Source: PVC group bacterium (lineage in GTDB: Bacteria > Omnitrophota > Gorgyraeia > B26-G9). Taken from it: DNA of 64,000 nt. A model generated the notes under the pieces. That model was not told the DNA's origin, ran no database searches, and saw only the letters and a list, made by a program, of their open reading frames with translations. The stretch is from NCBI GenBank assembly GCA_024231215.1, contig JAAEQR010000195.1, positions 14,755 to 78,754 of the forward strand, read 5' to 3'. This document shows, in pieces, positions 8,920-18,211 of the stretch (its first letter is position 1; each line of letters opens with the position of its first letter). The position numbers and the translations under genes were made by a program.

Positions 8920-9993
8920 ATGTCGAAAAGCATTGTATATTTTCAAGAAGCAACAAATGGAAAAGACGCAGTACAAATAAAATCAAAATTTAAAAACCTT
9001 ATTAAAAAAAGTGGTTTATGTGATGAATTTAAAAAAGGAGAGATTATTCCGGTAAAAGTACATATGGGAGAAAAAGGTAATACCGGTTATGTTGCCCCGG
9101 AAGTTGTCAAAGCCATGGTCGATAAGCTGAAATCAAAGGCAGCTAAACCTTTTGTTACAGATACCAATGTATTATATTCCGGACTGCGTGCGAATACAGT
9201 AGATCATCTAATGCTTGCAAGCGAACACGGGTTTGATATTAATAGTCTTGGATGTCCGGTAGTGATTGCGGATGGTTTATTAGGTGAAAACGCAGAAAAT
9301 GTTTTTATTTATAAAAAACATTTTGAACATGTTAATATTGCCCGGCCTTTTTTGCGGGTAGAGAATTTTATTAGTATTGCCCATGTAACTTCGCATATGC
9401 TGACTTCATTTGCCGCGTCAGTTAAAAATGTGGGCATGGGTTGTGCTTCCCGGGCTGGGAAACTAAAACAACATTCTAATATCAAGCCAAAGGTAAAACC
9501 GTTGAAATGTGTTTTATGCGGACAGTGTGCTAAGTATTGCCCGGCAGATGCAATCATCGAAAAAAACAGTAAGGCTTTTATTCAACCGGATATTTGTATC
9601 GGATGTGCCGAATGTATTGCTGCCTGTAAATTCAGCGCAATAATTGACGATTATGGTGAAAACGTAAAAGTATTGGTTGAAAAAATGGTTGAATATGCGC
9701 ATGGAGTGCTTTTGCATGTAAAGCACAGAGCATTTTTTAATTTTGCGATTAATATCACCAAAAATTGCGATTGTATGGCTAAATCCGAGCCTTCGATCGT
9801 TAATGATATAGGAATTTTTGCCTCGGTCGATCCGGTTGCTTGTGATAAAGCAGTGGTTGATATGGTGCTTTCACGATTGGAAGATGATGTTTTTCAAAAA
9901 GAATGGCCCCAGGCAAGTAATGCTATGGACCAGTTGAATTATGCTGCAGAAATTGGGTTGGGTAATTTAGATTATGAATTGGTGGTTGTTTGA
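8920..9993 (+). CDS. DUF362-domain protein with an internal 2x[4Fe-4S] ferredoxin domain
   Basis: CVLCGQCAKYCP and CIGCAECIAACK motifs embedded in a DUF362-like fold (VKVHMGE..., NITKNCDCMA). Divergently transcribed from the minus-strand operon. Confidence 0.6.
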   Translation: MSKSIVYFQEATNGKDAVQIKSKFKNLIKKSGLCDEFKKGEIIPVKVHMGEKGNTGYVAPEVVKAMVDKLKSKAAKPFVTDTNVLYSGLRANTVDHLMLASEHGFDINSLGCPVVIADGLLGENAENVFIYKKHFEHVNIARPFLRVENFISIAHVTSHMLTSFAASVKNVGMGCASRAGKLKQHSNIKPKVKPLKCVLCGQCAKYCPADAIIEKNSKAFIQPDICIGCAECIAACKFSAIIDDYGENVKVLVEKMVEYAHGVLLHVKHRAFFNFAINITKNCDCMAKSEPSIVNDIGIFASVDPVACDKAVVDMVLSRLEDDVFQKEWPQASNAMDQLNYAAEIGLGNLDYELVVV

Positions 9994-10748
9994 ATATGTC
10001 ACAGGAAAATAAATTAAAATTTAAATCTTTGTTTGGGATTGTCCCGGAAGAGTTTCCGGACACATTAATCATAAGTCCTTTTTTTAGTTTGAAATCATTT
10101 AAATCAGAGTTAGAAAATGCAGAGAATTTTAAGGGCATGGTATTTAAGGGGGTAGTAGGGGCATATAAAGATAAGAAAATTGCGTTTGTTAATACGGGGA
10201 TGGGCCATACATTAGTTGGCGATTGTGTGCTGGCACAGCAAATAACAAATGTATCAAAAATTATTTTTCTTGGCGCGGTTGGCGCGGTCAATGGATTAAA
10301 TGTAGGAGATTGTGTGCTTGTCCAAAAGGCATTTTTTGATACTGAATATTACGAGAAGCTCGGGGTGTTTGGGCAAAACAAAAATGAAATAAAATGTTTT
10401 ATTCCTGATCCTGAATTGGTTGATAAAATTGATGCCTTGGCGAAAGAGCAAAAAAAAGAAATTAAGAAAATAGATGTAATGAGTGTGCATTCTTTCTGGA
10501 ACGAGGATGAGGTGCTTGTTAATAAATTAAAAGATGCAAGTATCCATGCGGTGGAACTTGAATGCGCTATTTTTTATGCTTTATCATCTCTTAATCAAAT
10601 CAAAAGTCTGGCTTTGTGTTTTGTGAGCGATCATGTTGTGAGGAGGCCTTATTGGTCTGATTTTTCGCCGGCTGAACAGGCAGGGATGAGAGAATCCAGA
10701 GAATTTATGGTAAAAGCGTCTTTGGAAATGGCATACAATATCTTGTAG
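9990..10748 (+). CDS. Nucleoside phosphorylase family 1 protein (PNP_UDP_1). MTA/SAH nucleosidase or futalosine hydrolase-like; specificity unknown.
   Basis: Glycine-rich core FVNTGMGHTLVGDCVLAQQI...IIFLGAVGAVNGLNVGDCVLV typical of the PNP/UDP phosphorylase fold. Coupled to the DUF362 gene (ATGA overlap). Confidence 0.55.
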   Translation: MNMSQENKLKFKSLFGIVPEEFPDTLIISPFFSLKSFKSELENAENFKGMVFKGVVGAYKDKKIAFVNTGMGHTLVGDCVLAQQITNVSKIIFLGAVGAVNGLNVGDCVLVQKAFFDTEYYEKLGVFGQNKNEIKCFIPDPELVDKIDALAKEQKKEIKKIDVMSVHSFWNEDEVLVNKLKDASIHAVELECAIFYALSSLNQIKSLALCFVSDHVVRRPYWSDFSPAEQAGMRESREFMVKASLEMAYNIL

Positions 10749-10885
10749 CCTGCCCGTGTCTAAACTACCACGAAAAACCTTCGTTTTATCTCCCCGGGAA
10801 TTAGTGCTTTTTCAATATTTAGTGCTTCAAGGTTGCTCTAATAGCTAAATATTGTATAAAATACTATATAAAAACTAATTTCTTC

Positions 10886-10914
10886 TTGACATTTAAGGGC
10901 TTTATCTTCATAAT
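10886..10914 (+). promoter_or_regulatory. Sigma70-like promoter: TTGACA, 17 nt spacer, CATAAT
   Basis: TTGACA at 10886-10891, 17-nt spacer, CATAAT at 10909-10914, about 100 nt upstream of the 11012 gene. The RBS GGGGGAG precedes that ATG. Confidence 0.5.
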
Positions 10915-11011
10915 AAATAATGAGTTCAATTTTATTAAGTTGAACCACTCAGGGACGAGCGAAAAAGAGTCATAAAATACGAAGAATGGGGGGGTGTAGG
11001 GGGAGAGCGAA

Positions 11012-12481
11012 ATGTTTAATCGAAAAAACAACCTTTTTCTAACGGCGGCTATTTTAATATTAGTATCCGCTGTTTATTCTTATGCCCAGCCAGCTGAATC
11101 CGGTAATTCGAACAGTAAGAAGGATTATTTCTATCGGAAAATTCTTAAAAATGAAGTTGAAGCGTTAAAAATAGAATTGACAGAAAAAGAAGCTGAATAT
11201 AAAGAAAAATTTGATGATGAATATATATCTCTTTCCGACCAAGAAAAAATCACAGAAAAAGAAACAGAAATTAAGCAGCTAAAACAATCTGCAGTAGAAG
11301 ATAAAGAACAAATAGATAAATTAAAAAGCAAGTGTGACTCATTGCTGGAAAAACTTAAAACGCAGGAAACTGAACACGCAGATAAGCTGAGTCAACTAAA
11401 AAAACAACATGCTGAAGAATTTAAAAAATCAGTTCAAGATCCCATGGAAATCATTGCTATTTACGATAAACGTATAGCTGAAAAAGATAAGCAGATAGAA
11501 AAAGTTTTTAAAAGAAAAATAACTAAAGAGCAGGAACTTGAAGTAGTTTTAAAAGAAAAAGAAAGTGTAGATCAAAAGAATAAAGAGCTTAAACAGCAAA
11601 TAGAGAAGCAGGACAAGTTATATAAAAAACAGATAGCAGGAAAAGAGAAGGAACGAAAAAGAAAAGAGAAGAAGGCCCAAGGTAAAATTAAAAAGCTGGA
11701 AAAAGAAACAACGCAATTGAAAACAGATATGCTTACCGGCAAAGAGAAGATAAAAGAGCAAAAGCTTGATCTTAAGCAAAAAGAAAAGCAGATAATTGAC
11801 CTGAAATCTAAGGTTGAATTTTTCTCAGAAAGAGCATTGACTGAAGAAAAGAAAGCAGAATTGAGGATATTAGAAGCAGAAAGTAATAAGTTGGAACAGG
11901 AATTACATAAAGTTAAATACGATATGACCTCAATGCAGAGCAAATATAAAGATAAACTTTTACAGCATAAGAGCACGGTCTTAGATGAGCAGGAGAAAAA
12001 GCAAACAGAGTTGGTTGAAAACAAGACCGTGTGGGAAAAGAAGATCGAAATTTTGGAATTAAAATATCTAAAACAGATCAGGGTGTTGGGGAAAGAGAGT
12101 GAAAAGAATAACGCACATTTTAATGATCAGTTAAGGAAGTTATCAAATAAATTGCGTGAGAAAGAAAAACGCAACGAGTTGTTGGAAAAGAAACTTAGTT
12201 CCTACCGGGATGATAAAAAGCATTTATTAACACAAGTATTAGCTAATAAGGCATCCCGGGCTAAAGGGGTTTTGCAGGTTTCCAGCATGAAGCCAAATTT
12301 TAAAGGCAAGAACAAGGAAAAAGCCAAAGTTCATTTTGATAAAGCAATGCACGCTATTAGTCAACAGGAATATCCTACGGCAAAATATGAGATGGAAAAA
12401 GCGCTTCGTTTACAGCCGAAAAATAAAATGGCTGCAGAGATATTAGCTAATATAAATTTTTTACTGGAAAGTAAACAGTAA
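11012..12481 (+). CDS. Secreted/periplasmic K/E-rich coiled-coil protein with a C-terminal TPR-like segment (hypothetical)
   Basis: Signal peptide MFNRKNNLFLTAAILILVSAVYSYAQ, then about 380 aa of KE-rich heptad-like repeats. Ends with a TPR-like helix pair (AKYEMEKALRLQPKNKMAAEILANINFLL). Confidence 0.6.
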   Translation: MFNRKNNLFLTAAILILVSAVYSYAQPAESGNSNSKKDYFYRKILKNEVEALKIELTEKEAEYKEKFDDEYISLSDQEKITEKETEIKQLKQSAVEDKEQIDKLKSKCDSLLEKLKTQETEHADKLSQLKKQHAEEFKKSVQDPMEIIAIYDKRIAEKDKQIEKVFKRKITKEQELEVVLKEKESVDQKNKELKQQIEKQDKLYKKQIAGKEKERKRKEKKAQGKIKKLEKETTQLKTDMLTGKEKIKEQKLDLKQKEKQIIDLKSKVEFFSERALTEEKKAELRILEAESNKLEQELHKVKYDMTSMQSKYKDKLLQHKSTVLDEQEKKQTELVENKTVWEKKIEILELKYLKQIRVLGKESEKNNAHFNDQLRKLSNKLREKEKRNELLEKKLSSYRDDKKHLLTQVLANKASRAKGVLQVSSMKPNFKGKNKEKAKVHFDKAMHAISQQEYPTAKYEMEKALRLQPKNKMAAEILANINFLLESKQ

Positions 12482-12527
12482 ATATAATTAATAGCTGGTG
12501 TAAACCAGGGAGGAGGTAGGGTAGTAT

Positions 12528-12995
12528 ATGAAAACGTCGGTAGCCCAAGCAGAACAAAGTGCGACATGTGATGGTACAGGGGTGTTTTTCCCTGATGGGA
12601 TAATAGGATTTACTGATTGCAAACAATATAAATTGGTTAGCAAAAAGTCAAAAGAGCCGTTTTTTTGGTTTCAGGCGGTAGAAAGAGAAGATATATCGTT
12701 TATTATAATTGACCCTAAAGAATTTAAAGAAGACTATACTGCGGCATTGACGGAATCAGACAAGGTGGCATTGGGAGTAGATAGCATTGATGAGTGCAAT
12801 ATTTTTACTATTGTGCTTGTGCCTGAGGATTCAGATGGAATAAGTGCAAATTTATTAGCGCCACTGGTGATCAATAAAAAAGATTCTATTGGTCGGCAGA
12901 TCGTCTTGCAGGATGCAGGATACTCTGTGCGGCATTTAATTTTCGAAGATACCTTTAAAGGAGTAAAGGAAAAGGATGTTAGTTCTTTCGCGTAA
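12528..12995 (+). CDS. fliW: Flagellar assembly factor FliW (CsrA antagonist)
   Basis: FPDGIIGF...[21 protein letters not shown] matches the FliW core. Immediately followed by overlapping csrA, as in the fliW-csrA module. Confidence 0.8.
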   Translation: MKTSVAQAEQSATCDGTGVFFPDGIIGFTDCKQYKLVSKKSKEPFFWFQAVEREDISFIIIDPKEFKEDYTAALTESDKVALGVDSIDECNIFTIVLVPEDSDGISANLLAPLVINKKDSIGRQIVLQDAGYSVRHLIFEDTFKGVKEKDVSSFA

Positions 12996-13218
12996 ACCGG
13001 ATGAAAGTATTGTCATCGGGGATTATATAGAGATTAAGGTTGTTGAAGTTCGCGGTGAGCAGGTAAAGTTAGGAATAACTGCGCCGCGGGATATCCCCGT
13101 GCATAGAAAAGAAATATACGAAGCTATCCAAAAACAAAATAAAGACGCTTCCCACACAAAACATGCGAATCTGGATAAACTCTCTCAGTTGTTTAAGAAG
13201 AAGAAAGATAAGTCTTAA
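12976..13218 (+). CDS. csrA: Carbon storage regulator CsrA (RNA-binding translational regulator)
   Basis: [49 protein letters not shown], a near-canonical CsrA sequence. The FliW-type C-terminal extension is present. Confidence 0.9.
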   Translation: MLVLSRKPDESIVIGDYIEIKVVEVRGEQVKLGITAPRDIPVHRKEIYEAIQKQNKDASHTKHANLDKLSQLFKKKKDKS

Positions 13219-13281
13219 CCTTCAACTTCGAATTAAGCAGAGGGATTATTTAGGGAGCTTGTTAGGCGTTCTGCCTTGTCG

Positions 13282-13497
13282 TTAATTTAAAAAATCAGGA
13301 GTTATATCAGGCAGCTTTTTATCGCGAAGACGGCTATAAATGGTATGAGCTTTTTTGACGTCTTTAATATTGACTTGCGCAGCAATGGAATTCTCAAAGG
13401 CAATTAATGCCATAATTTCTTCGGAAAGATTATTTTTATTGAGAATTGGTTTTTGTGCGCGCTTTTTGTTTGTTTTTTTAGGTTTATTATAACGCAC
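13282..13497 (-). CDS. Small basic hypothetical protein (71 aa, lysine-rich N-terminus)
   Basis: Minus-strand ORF with an AGGAGG RBS 8 nt upstream of the ATG. It is a lone antisense-oriented gene between + strand genes. No recognisable family. Confidence 0.45.
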   Translation of the reverse strand: MRYNKPKKTNKKRAQKPILNKNNLSEEIMALIAFENSIAAQVNIKDVKKAHTIYSRLRDKKLPDITPDFLN

Positions 13498-13702
13498 CAG
13501 CTTATTTACCTCCTTGTAAATGTGGGCTGAATCCTTTCAATTATCGCATCATACCACAGCTTGCTTTTTTTGTCAAGCGATTCAGCGCTGTTGTAGAGCT
13601 TGAGACTGAGTGTGTCGAATGTGTCAAGTCTTTTAGTTGTAGTGAGTAAGGTATGTTTATGGTTGATTTTATGCGGCAAGCAGGAGTATAATACCTTATA
13701 TC

Positions 13703-15199
13703 ATGATAAGAAAAAATGATAAAACTACATTCTCTGATTATTTAGAAGATAGTTCCGGGCTTTCCGGAGGATGTGCTCAAGAAATTATTTTTCCGGAAAG
13801 TGTTTTAGAATTGACAGAGTTTATTCGAGAAGCTGCTGATAAAGAGTTGAAACTTACTGTTTCCGGGGGTGGAACAGGTGTGGTTGGCGGGAGAGTGCCT
13901 TATGGCGGTGCGATTTTAGCTACAGATCGCTTGGATAAGATTTATAATATCGAAAAATCTAAAACTTCTTCGGGTGGATTGGCAATTGTAGAAGCCGGGG
14001 TACGTCTTGAGGATCTAAACAATGAGGCAGCAAAGCAGGGGCTAGTATATCGGCCTGATCCCACAGAGAAAAATGCTTTTCTTGGCGGTACAATCGCTAC
14101 CAATGCTTCAGGCGCTCAAGGGTTTAAGTATGGAGCTACCCGTAATTATATTCAACGCTTATGGGTAGTTTTAGCTAGTGGAGATTTATTGGAGATCAGA
14201 CGTGGAGATACTGTGCTTGGAGATAGTCTGTGTATTACACTGCCGGAAAATAAAGTTATTCAATGTTCGATTACTAATTGTAAATTATTTGATTTAAAAA
14301 GTACCGCTGGATATTTTGTTGCTCCCGGAACAGATCTAATTGATTTATTTATCGGTCAGGAAGGTACTTTGGGAATCATTACACAGGCAGAGGTAAGGCT
14401 GGAGGCATTGCCAAAGTCTAGTATTGCGGGTATGGTGTTTTTCCAGGATGAGATACTTGCTATGTCTTTTGTTGATACCATCAAAAAATATTCGTATAGA
14501 AGCAGAAAAGATAATAAACAAAATGAAATTGATGCGGGTTGTATAGAATTTTTTGATGAAGGTTCTTTGAATATATTAAGCGAAGTTTATTCCCAGCTTC
14601 CTTTCGGTAAGAAATCAGCTGTTTATTTTGAACAGGATATTATTGATGTAGATGAAATGGTAATAATGGAAAAATATGCAGAGGTCATTGAATCTTTAAA
14701 TGTATCGGCTGCGGATGTGTGGTTTGCGGATACGGATAAAAACAGGAAATTGCTGACTAATATGCGGCATGAATTGCCGGTGCGGATTAATGAAAGGGTT
14801 AAGTCAAACGGATTTTCTAAAATTAGTACAGATTGTGCGGTGGCAGATGATCAGTTTTCGGCATTGTTTGATTTTTATAAACGCAAGCTTAATGATGGTG
14901 AAATACCATATTGTATGTTTGGGCATATCGGGGAAAATCATCTACATGTAAATATGATGCCGGAAAATAAAACTGATTTTGACCGGGCAAAGCAGATGTA
15001 TTTTGAGTTTCTAACCGAAGCGGTACGTTTAGGCGGAACGATCGCGGCAGAACACGGTATTGGTAAGTTAAAGCGTGAATACTTGAAGATTATGCTGGGG
15101 CAAGCCCAGATGCGTCAGATGGCCCAGATCAAGCGTGCTTTGGATCCGGGTTTGATTTTGGGTTCAGGGAATATATTAGATGAAGAATATTTGAAATAG
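13703..15199 (+). CDS. FAD-binding oxidoreductase (FAD_binding_4 / GlcD or D-lactate dehydrogenase-like)
   Basis: GGGTGVVGGRVP FAD-binding motif; C-terminal HGIGKLKREYL motif typical of FAD-linked oxidases. 498 aa. Confidence 0.75.
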   Translation: MIRKNDKTTFSDYLEDSSGLSGGCAQEIIFPESVLELTEFIREAADKELKLTVSGGGTGVVGGRVPYGGAILATDRLDKIYNIEKSKTSSGGLAIVEAGVRLEDLNNEAAKQGLVYRPDPTEKNAFLGGTIATNASGAQGFKYGATRNYIQRLWVVLASGDLLEIRRGDTVLGDSLCITLPENKVIQCSITNCKLFDLKSTAGYFVAPGTDLIDLFIGQEGTLGIITQAEVRLEALPKSSIAGMVFFQDEILAMSFVDTIKKYSYRSRKDNKQNEIDAGCIEFFDEGSLNILSEVYSQLPFGKKSAVYFEQDIIDVDEMVIMEKYAEVIESLNVSAADVWFADTDKNRKLLTNMRHELPVRINERVKSNGFSKISTDCAVADDQFSALFDFYKRKLNDGEIPYCMFGHIGENHLHVNMMPENKTDFDRAKQMYFEFLTEAVRLGGTIAAEHGIGKLKREYLKIMLGQAQMRQMAQIKRALDPGLILGSGNILDEEYLK

Positions 15200-15343
15200 A
15201 TGTATAATTAAAAATAAACGTACATAAATGATGGTGTGTATAGCGCGCAAAATCACGTGTTTTTGCGATAGATGTTTTGATTGAATTGATTAAGCAATAT
15301 TTATTTGATATTTATAATTTTTCAATTAGGGGGTTATATAGGT

Positions 15344-16789
15344 ATGAATTTGTTATTATTTATGTTTCGGGATAAAGAGGTATTAAAAAGAATATTCATT
15401 ACAATCGGAGTAGTCTTATTTGCCAGATTGATTTATTTTTTACCTGTGCCGGGAATACAAATAAAAGCTATAGCGCAATTGTATCAACAGCATATTATTG
15501 CCCAGGGAGGGACTTTTTGGGATTTAATTACTTTAATGCACGCGGGGAAATTGCGCAGTATATCGTTATTTGCTTTAGGGATTATGCCGTATATTAATGC
15601 GTGTATTGTGGTTCAAATAATTGGATTTTTAGTGCCCGGAGTAAATAGGAAGTTTTTTTATAAGCCGGATGGCCGTCGTGAAATGATGCTGGCAACATTA
15701 GCTGTAGCGGTTGTTCTAAGTATGGTGCATGCTTATTTTCTCAGCTTTGAACTTGAACTGTTGGATAAGTTTCCAGACTTCCAGCTTTTAACTGTTAAGG
15801 GCATATTATTTAGGGCTGGAGTTATGGCCTCTATGAGCGCGGCATGCCTTTTATTTATTATGCTTAGCGAAGTGATTAATCGTTTTGGTCTGGGTAACGG
15901 AGTTGGAATAATTTTTGCTTCAGAAGTAATTGTTCGGATCGGAATATCAGTATCTCAGGCGACCGTTTTCTTCATTCGGGGACTGATTATGTTAAGACAA
16001 TTCTTACTATTTATTGGTTTAGTAGTATTATTTGTTTATATTGCTAAGCGGGTTACCGGATTTTTAAAGAAGCTTACGCTTCAAACGCACAAAAACGAAA
16101 CATTTTCCATTCCGATCAGGCCGATTTGGGTAGGTGTCTGGCCGTTGATTCTGGCTGAAGCAGTGCTTTCTTTCTTTGAACTGCCGGTGGGGTGGACGTC
16201 ATTTTTTGTGATCGGCATTACAATTGCTTTTAGCACTTTATTATATCTAAAGGTGGTGTATCAACCGCGGCGGTTTTATGAACTTATCCTTCCGTATAAA
16301 TGTCTTAGCTGTTCTGACCAAAGTAAAAGGGTTGTTGATGTTCTTAACAATGCGATTATTCCTTGTATTGCAGTAAGTCTATTACTATTCTTTGCAATGT
16401 ATTCTTTGCCATTGATTCTACCGTTTACTTTAAGGCTATCTTTTATGAGTGCTGGTATTTTTGGGGCATTTGGCTTGATTATTTTAGTCGGTGTTTGTCA
16501 TGATATAAGCAGGCAGTTGCAGTTTTTTCAGGCTGCTAAGCAAAACACTTCGGTCAAACAGTGGTGTTTATTGGGAACGGCTTTTGATGAAGCCGAAGCA
16601 GAAATAAAAAAGGCATGCTTACAAAGCCATGATATTTATGCAGAAGTAAAACCATCTCATTTTTATTGGGGGTTACCAATTAGAACCGCTGCTTCCGGAT
16701 ATTACATGTATGTTTCCGCAGATCAGTATGAACAGGCAAAGCAGACACTTAAAGAATTACGTAGTGCCTGGAGGGAGAAGGCTATTTAA
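15344..16789 (+). CDS. Divergent SecY-like translocon homolog with a C-terminal DUF2007-like extension (about 90 aa). The ORF-track start at 15305 is less likely than the ATG at 15344, which has an AGGGGGT RBS.
   Basis: Clear SecY signatures: FARLIYFLPVPGIQ (TM1/plug region), LFALGIMPYINACIVVQII (the SecY hallmark ALGIMPYI) and FGLGNGVGIIFASEV; 10 predicted TM helices. It is not in a ribosomal-protein operon. The tail AFDEAEAEIKKACLQSHDIYAEV...YMYVSADQYEQAKQTLKEL resembles DUF2007. Confidence 0.7.
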   Translation: MNLLLFMFRDKEVLKRIFITIGVVLFARLIYFLPVPGIQIKAIAQLYQQHIIAQGGTFWDLITLMHAGKLRSISLFALGIMPYINACIVVQIIGFLVPGVNRKFFYKPDGRREMMLATLAVAVVLSMVHAYFLSFELELLDKFPDFQLLTVKGILFRAGVMASMSAACLLFIMLSEVINRFGLGNGVGIIFASEVIVRIGISVSQATVFFIRGLIMLRQFLLFIGLVVLFVYIAKRVTGFLKKLTLQTHKNETFSIPIRPIWVGVWPLILAEAVLSFFELPVGWTSFFVIGITIAFSTLLYLKVVYQPRRFYELILPYKCLSCSDQSKRVVDVLNNAIIPCIAVSLLLFFAMYSLPLILPFTLRLSFMSAGIFGAFGLIILVGVCHDISRQLQFFQAAKQNTSVKQWCLLGTAFDEAEAEIKKACLQSHDIYAEVKPSHFYWGLPIRTAASGYYMYVSADQYEQAKQTLKELRSAWREKAI

Positions 16790-17523
16790 CTAGAGCTTTT
16801 TATAACCTCAATGACTTTTTGCAGGTCGACTTCGGTATCTACGCTGATCGTTTCGTGCTTTGTTTCAATGACTTTGATTCTGTATCCATGTTCTAAAGCG
16901 CGTAACTGCTCTAATGATTCGGCTTTTTCCAATTTGGAAGTTTTTAATCCTTTGAAAGTAAGTAGAAAATCTTTGGTGTATGCATAAAGGCCGATATGTT
17001 TATAAAGCGTCATCGAGTCTGATTCGTTCATGCGGCTGATATTCGGCAGGCAGGAGCGTGAAAAATATAATGCAAATCCGTTCTTGTCTGTTACTACTTT
17101 TACTACATTTGGATTATTAAAATCGCTTTCTTTGGTCAGTTTTTGTTTTAACGTGGACATTACAAGCTCCGGATTATCCAAAAGCGCATAAGCTACGTCA
17201 TTGATCATAGAAGGATGGATTAAAGGCTCATCTCCCTGAATATTGACAACTACCTTTACGTCCATGTCAAAAACCACTTCAGTCAGGCGTTCTGTGCCGG
17301 ATATGTGTTCTTTTGAGGTTAATACGGCTTTTCCTCCAAAATTTTCAACCACGCTTTTGATCCGATCGTCATCGGTAGCGACAATTAACTCATCTAAGAT
17401 CGGAGTTTCTTTGGCTCGTTCGTAGATATGCTGGATCATGGGTTTTCCGGCAATATCGGCAAGCGCTTTTGCGTGCAGACGGGTTGAACCGTAGCGAGCA
17501 GGAATTATTCCGACAACATCCAT
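16786..17523 (-). CDS. kdsB: 3-deoxy-manno-octulosonate cytidylyltransferase (CMP-KDO synthetase)
   Basis: MDVVGIIPARYGSTRLHAKALADIAGKPMIQHIYERA N-terminus and full-length KdsB similarity. ATG at 17523 is preferred (RBS GAGGTGA 7-8 nt upstream) over GTG at 17532. Confidence 0.85.
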   Translation of the reverse strand: MDVVGIIPARYGSTRLHAKALADIAGKPMIQHIYERAKETPILDELIVATDDDRIKSVVENFGGKAVLTSKEHISGTERLTEVVFDMDVKVVVNIQGDEPLIHPSMINDVAYALLDNPELVMSTLKQKLTKESDFNNPNVVKVVTDKNGFALYFSRSCLPNISRMNESDSMTLYKHIGLYAYTKDFLLTFKGLKTSKLEKAESLEQLRALEHGYRIKVIETKHETISVDTEVDLQKVIEVIKSSS

Positions 17524-17533
17524 TATAATCACC

Positions 17534-18094
17534 TCATATTTTAAAGTTTTTGATCGTAAATATAGACTCTAATTCAAGTCCGCATTTAGCTATGTTTTCT
17601 TTTGCGCCTTCAAGCCGGTCGACTACTGCGATTACACGTACTATTTTACAGCCGAGTTTTTGTACAGCCTCGATTGCTTTTATAGTAGAAGAACCGGTAG
17701 TGACTACGTCATCAACAATAACTACACGACTTGATTTTTTTAAAGGAGTACCTTCGATTAGGTTTTGCATGCCGTATTTCTTTGTTTCTTTTCTAACGAT
17801 AAAGCCGTTTATCGGGTTTTTAGTTTTAAAACTTAAAGTACTAACCGCCCCGATGATTGGGTCTGCGCCAAGCGTTAGTCCGCCGATTGCATCTATCTTG
17901 TTTTTTTTCAGCATATCTAAAATGATTTTACCGATACAGTAGGCACCTTCACTTGAAAGACTGGTAATTCGGCCGTCAAAGTAGTAATTACTGACCTTGC
18001 CGCTGGCTAAAACTACGCGTTTTTTCTTGAAAGATTTGCGTTTTAAGACGGTTAAAAGGCGTTTCCGGGTGTCCTGAATGCTTTTTGAAGCCAT
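17534..18094 (-). CDS. pyrE: Orotate phosphoribosyltransferase
   Basis: PRPP-binding motif VVIVDDVVTTGSS; type I PRTase fold; 186 aa. Coupled to kdsB. Confidence 0.8.
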   Translation of the reverse strand: MASKSIQDTRKRLLTVLKRKSFKKKRVVLASGKVSNYYFDGRITSLSSEGAYCIGKIILDMLKKNKIDAIGGLTLGADPIIGAVSTLSFKTKNPINGFIVRKETKKYGMQNLIEGTPLKKSSRVVIVDDVVTTGSSTIKAIEAVQKLGCKIVRVIAVVDRLEGAKENIAKCGLELESIFTIKNFKI

Positions 18095-18211
18095 TATTTT
18101 CTCCTATTGTTTGCAGGTTTAAGATAAGAGAATTATATATTGATAATGAGTTTTCGTCAATGAAAAAGGGAGTTTTTGTCTTTTCCTACTAAAAATGTTA
18201 TTATAACAAAT

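Noticed and set aside
11572-12024. 150-aa minus-strand ORF rich in S/F/C/L inside the K/E-rich coiled-coil gene
   Set aside because: It is the antisense reading of AAR/GAR codon repeats and is low complexity. The + strand gene has a signal peptide, an RBS and a TPR tail, so the + strand is the real coding strand.
11100-12300. Periodic AAAGAAAAAGAA-type repeats that could look like a repeat array
   Set aside because: They are coding low-complexity (KE-rich) sequence inside one long ORF, with no spacer/repeat periodicity. It is not a CRISPR array.
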